From positions 1 through 64,000 of the IMG/VR virus record IMGVR_UViG_3300022552_000002: a stretch of DNA of 64,000 bases, one strand, 5' to 3'. The position numbers and the translations under genes were made by a program. This document shows, piece by piece, positions 60,761 through 64,000 of the stretch. Under the pieces are notes generated by a model. The model was given only the letters and a program-made list of their open reading frames with translations, was not told where the DNA came from and did no database searches. Positions within the stretch are counted from its first letter, which is position 1. Each line of letters opens with the position of its first letter. The DNA comes from a virus.

Positions 60761-62341
60761 ATGGCTGAAGTTGTTCCAGTTTATCACCTTCTCAGCGGCA
60801 ACTACGCTGCTCTCCAAGGCGTAGATCCAGCAGTCGATACTGTCACGTTCAAGGGTCTCACCATGAACGGTGTTGTCGCTATGGACAGCACTGGTGGTGG
60901 CACACCAAATAAAATAACTGGTTTGGCTTCTGCTACAGCAGATGAAGATGCCTTAGCTTATGGTCAGACAGGTGCAGACCTTAATGGTTTGAATCTGACA
61001 GCTAACTTGACCATGAATTCCCAGAAGATTACTGGTCTTGATCCAGGTACAGCTGGTACTGATGGTGTCAATAAGAACCAGTTAGACAGCGTAGCAGCTG
61101 GTGTTGCCTGGAAACACGCAGTTCAAGTTCTCAGAATGGTCAATGATGCATTGGCTACTTCACCAACGCTTACTGCTGGTGACGCAGGCAAAGCCTATGT
61201 CGTTGCTGGTACTGGTGGTGATTGGTCTACATTCACAATCGGTGACATCGTAGAGTGGGATGGTTCTGCTTGGAATCTCGTTCTAGCTGGTTCCGGTGCT
61301 GAGCCGCCAGACGGAACGTATGTTATCATCGTTGAAACCAGTGCAGCTGGTTCATTCGCTGGTCAAGAGAATGAAGTTGCTGTCTACAACGCCACCACCA
61401 ACACATGGGCATTTACTCCAGCATCAGATGGTGATGGACGTACTGTTGCTGGCGAAAACAGTGTTTACGAAAACCTCGGTTACGTCTGGGATGCGACTCC
61501 AGGCGAATGGGTCATGTTCAATGGCCCTGGTCAAATCGTAGCTGGCGCTGGTCTAACAAAGACCTTCAATCAGCTTGATGCAAATGTCAAAGATGGTATT
61601 CAGATTGATGCTGATGCTATCACACTTCTTCTTGCTGCAACTCCAGGTCTCCAACTTACTGGTACATCACCAGCGAAAGTTCTTTCGGTTCTTCCTGATG
61701 GAGCTAAGGGCGTTGAAGTTGGCGCAAGCGGTGTAGCGGTAATAGTTGAGTCAGATGGTGCTATTGAATTCGATGGCACGAACGGTGGGTTGGAAATTAA
61801 CCTCGAAGCATCCAATCCTACATTGGATATTGTTTCGAATGAACTTGGTGTTAAGTATAGCGCCACAGCAGGCGGTCTTACTCAAGACTCTACTGGTTTG
61901 AAAGTCAAGGTTGACGGTACAACCATCACAATCAATGGCTCTGGTCAATTGGTTGGAGCATCAGCAGATGGTGATCGCATTGCTGATGATTATGTGGTCA
62001 GTGAAAACATTTCAGCTGGTGATCCGGTTTACTGGAGCACAACAGCAAATCAAGTTGCTCAAGGTGATGCAGCACAAGCTTTGTGGCCGAGCCATGCACA
62101 AATCTTTGGTGTTGCAGAAGATGCAGCTACAACTGGCAATTCGTCAACTATCGTTAGTAGAGGACCGTGTCTCGGTGTTCTTTCAAGCGCGACTCCTGGC
62201 GATATTTATTGGATGGCAGTCGGAGGTGGAATCACCACTACCATTCCTTCAACGAACAATGCTCTCATCCGTGCAGGGTGGGCAAAGAACGCAGATGATC
62301 TCTTTGTGTCCATAGCCGACTACGGTCGTCGCGGATACTAA
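60761..62341 (+). CDS. fibre protein (head or tail)
   Basis: KITGL..GT...D.VNK.QL, AG.GL, VKVDGTTI repeats; C-terminal cement-like domain. Confidence 0.7.
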   Translation: MAEVVPVYHLLSGNYAALQGVDPAVDTVTFKGLTMNGVVAMDSTGGGTPNKITGLASATADEDALAYGQTGADLNGLNLTANLTMNSQKITGLDPGTAGTDGVNKNQLDSVAAGVAWKHAVQVLRMVNDALATSPTLTAGDAGKAYVVAGTGGDWSTFTIGDIVEWDGSAWNLVLAGSGAEPPDGTYVIIVETSAAGSFAGQENEVAVYNATTNTWAFTPASDGDGRTVAGENSVYENLGYVWDATPGEWVMFNGPGQIVAGAGLTKTFNQLDANVKDGIQIDADAITLLLAATPGLQLTGTSPAKVLSVLPDGAKGVEVGASGVAVIVESDGAIEFDGTNGGLEINLEASNPTLDIVSNELGVKYSATAGGLTQDSTGLKVKVDGTTITINGSGQLVGASADGDRIADDYVVSENISAGDPVYWSTTANQVAQGDAAQALWPSHAQIFGVAEDAATTGNSSTIVSRGPCLGVLSSATPGDIYWMAVGGGITTTIPSTNNALIRAGWAKNADDLFVSIADYGRRGY

Positions 62342-62369
62342 GGTTTTGGTAGAGGGTAAGGGATAAGAA

Positions 62370-63152
62370 ATGCCATTAACACCCGACGACTACGATGTAG
62401 TTCAGGTCGTTAAACAAGAATGGCCTAATCTCGGCGGGAAACCTGGCCCACTTATCCCTTACTCTCTTCCTATTGAACCTCTTGAAGATGGAATTGAAGC
62501 AGGAGCATTATTTGTAGTTGAAGTTGGAAGAAGAAATAAAAATGTAGCTATTTGGGCCAATCAAGGAAAGATGATTTTTAAAGATATTGAGAACCCAGGT
62601 GTTGGTGGAATTGGATATACACTTACGCAGATTCTTACCGCAATTCTTGGACAAGTAAGAGTCAGCGCTAATGACACTATTGCTGGTTATCTAAATGGCA
62701 AACTTATAGCTGGTACAGGAGTAAATCTCAATGAGCTGAATGACGGTGGTAATGAGGCGTTAGAGATTTCAGCTGAGTTTTCTGAGATCTTTTCGGTTGA
62801 TTACGACACCGCTACTAACATACAAAGCACAAGCAGCACTACAGCGCAGGATGCTGGAGTGTCTGTTGAAATTCCTGTTGATGGTGATTATGTCGTATTC
62901 TTTGATTCTGAAACTCGTGTTTCTAATAGTAATGGTGATATGGCTATTAGTCTTAGCGCACCAAATACAATAATTGAAAATTCTAGTACGGTGCGTATTA
63001 TTGGTGGAAATAAACGTAGTTCGTCTATTATTATTTATCCATTTATTGGTTTGAGTACCGGTGATGTGATTAAAGGATTATTTCGCAAAGAAGGTGGTCC
63101 TGGCACGGCTTATGTTTATAACCGTTCCATGTTTTTGATGAGGATTGGCTGA
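62370..63152 (+). CDS. fibre/receptor-binding-like structural protein
   Basis: VRVSANDT.AGYLNGKL.AG motif; beta-rich C-terminus. Confidence 0.6.
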   Translation: MPLTPDDYDVVQVVKQEWPNLGGKPGPLIPYSLPIEPLEDGIEAGALFVVEVGRRNKNVAIWANQGKMIFKDIENPGVGGIGYTLTQILTAILGQVRVSANDTIAGYLNGKLIAGTGVNLNELNDGGNEALEISAEFSEIFSVDYDTATNIQSTSSTTAQDAGVSVEIPVDGDYVVFFDSETRVSNSNGDMAISLSAPNTIIENSSTVRIIGGNKRSSSIIIYPFIGLSTGDVIKGLFRKEGGPGTAYVYNRSMFLMRIG

Positions 63153-64000
63153 TGACTGCTACTAAGTATCAGTATTCCATCTCCAACGATTTTCCCAATC
63201 AGGCAGTAGATACTGACCGCTTGGAACAAGAAATTCGTGACAGTGTCATTATAATTGCTCTTGACTATGTTAATACGTCAGGTGACGACTGCGATATTTG
63301 GTTTAAAGATGCATTGTCAGCTGGTGATAAAACAATACTTGATGGAATCGTTGCATCACACTCTGGTCTTCCATTAACACCAGATCCAACTGAAGTTATT
63401 ATTCAAGAAGAGTATGGTGTTAAAAGAACTGGTGGAAATTTTGGATCACGTAGTCATAATTTCGACATTTCATCTGGTGTTCCTGGTGCATTAACTGAAC
63501 ACGATTTTAGTTTTCCAATTCCAATAGCTATTTTCAGCGCTCAACTTATTGGAAAAGAAATACTGGAAGGTGATGAAATAGAATTTCAGATAGCACCAGA
63601 TACTCCCATTGGAGCGTTAGTAGCAGATGTTGCTGTTGATGCTGAAGTAATAACTGTTACGCAAAGTGCGTATGACAATTTGAAAGTTGGTTTTACTGTA
63701 TGTTTAGATGACCAAACAAATCACAACAATCTGGGTATGGTGGTAGAAAAACAAGTAAACAATCAAATCAAAGTAGAGAAGAAAACTACAAATGCTTTTG
63801 CTGCATCTACACCAACGTATGTTCTTTTAACAGTGAAGATGATTCCTCATGGACATCTTCCATCTTGTTCTCGTCTTGTTCTTGGTGAAAGTAAAATTGG
63901 TGGTACATACATTAATGCAAATACAACACTTAGAATTATGTATAGAAATTCAGATGGACAAGCTAAGAAATTTGATTTCTGGTTAGAGTACATGTATTAA
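63152..64000 (+). CDS. virion structural protein
   Basis: L.QEI...D.WFK.ALS..DKT.LD.IV..H N-domain; internal beta-barrel segment. Confidence 0.55.
   Translation: MTATKYQYSISNDFPNQAVDTDRLEQEIRDSVIIIALDYVNTSGDDCDIWFKDALSAGDKTILDGIVASHSGLPLTPDPTEVIIQEEYGVKRTGGNFGSRSHNFDISSGVPGALTEHDFSFPIPIAIFSAQLIGKEILEGDEIEFQIAPDTPIGALVADVAVDAEVITVTQSAYDNLKVGFTVCLDDQTNHNNLGMVVEKQVNNQIKVEKKTTNAFAASTPTYVLLTVKMIPHGHLPSCSRLVLGESKIGGTYINANTTLRIMYRNSDGQAKKFDFWLEYMY

Noticed and set aside
1-64000. Alternative genetic code (TAG recoding)
   Set aside because: Long genes are intact in code 11 and TerL and MCP end in TAG at natural boundaries; only one internal TAG (27457) was noticed.
1-64000. Numerous antisense and alternate-frame ORFs in the track
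   Set aside because: They shadow well-supported genes and lack RBSs or recognisable motifs.
60761-64000. Diversity-generating retroelement acting on fibre genes
   Set aside because: No reverse transcriptase and no TR/VR repeat pair noticed in the window.

Overview
A 64-kb piece of a large, AT-rich tailed dsDNA phage genome read in standard code 11. The left arm (1-18.5 kb, minus strand) holds small early-type genes, an intein-split SNF2/HARP-like helicase, a metallophosphoesterase and a P-loop kinase. A motif-dense control region (about 16.4-20.3 kb) sits at the strand switch. The right arm (19.4-46 kb, plus strand) holds many small hypothetical genes plus RNA/nucleotide metabolism genes (frameshifted RNA ligase-like, vWA, HAD, SNase, NYN, SLOG, DUF3310, ThyX, HU, dNK) and two tRNAs. 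A short minus-strand block (46.0-48.2 kb) carries an M15 endolysin and a 5'-3' exonuclease. The late operon follows: TerS, Mu-like TerL/portal/protease-scaffold, decoration protein, gpE-type major capsid, holin/spanin-like genes and fibre proteins. The most striking unexplained structure is the control region. It contains six co-oriented sigma54 (-24/-12) promoter-like sites with IHF-like sites, six tandem TTATGCATAA palindrome pairs, an 18-bp tandem array, an HExxH-protease/RHH fusion gene, a recurrent phage promoter motif (TTGTAGTATATA) and a structured RNA. All assignments come from motif recognition by eye; no database searches were run.
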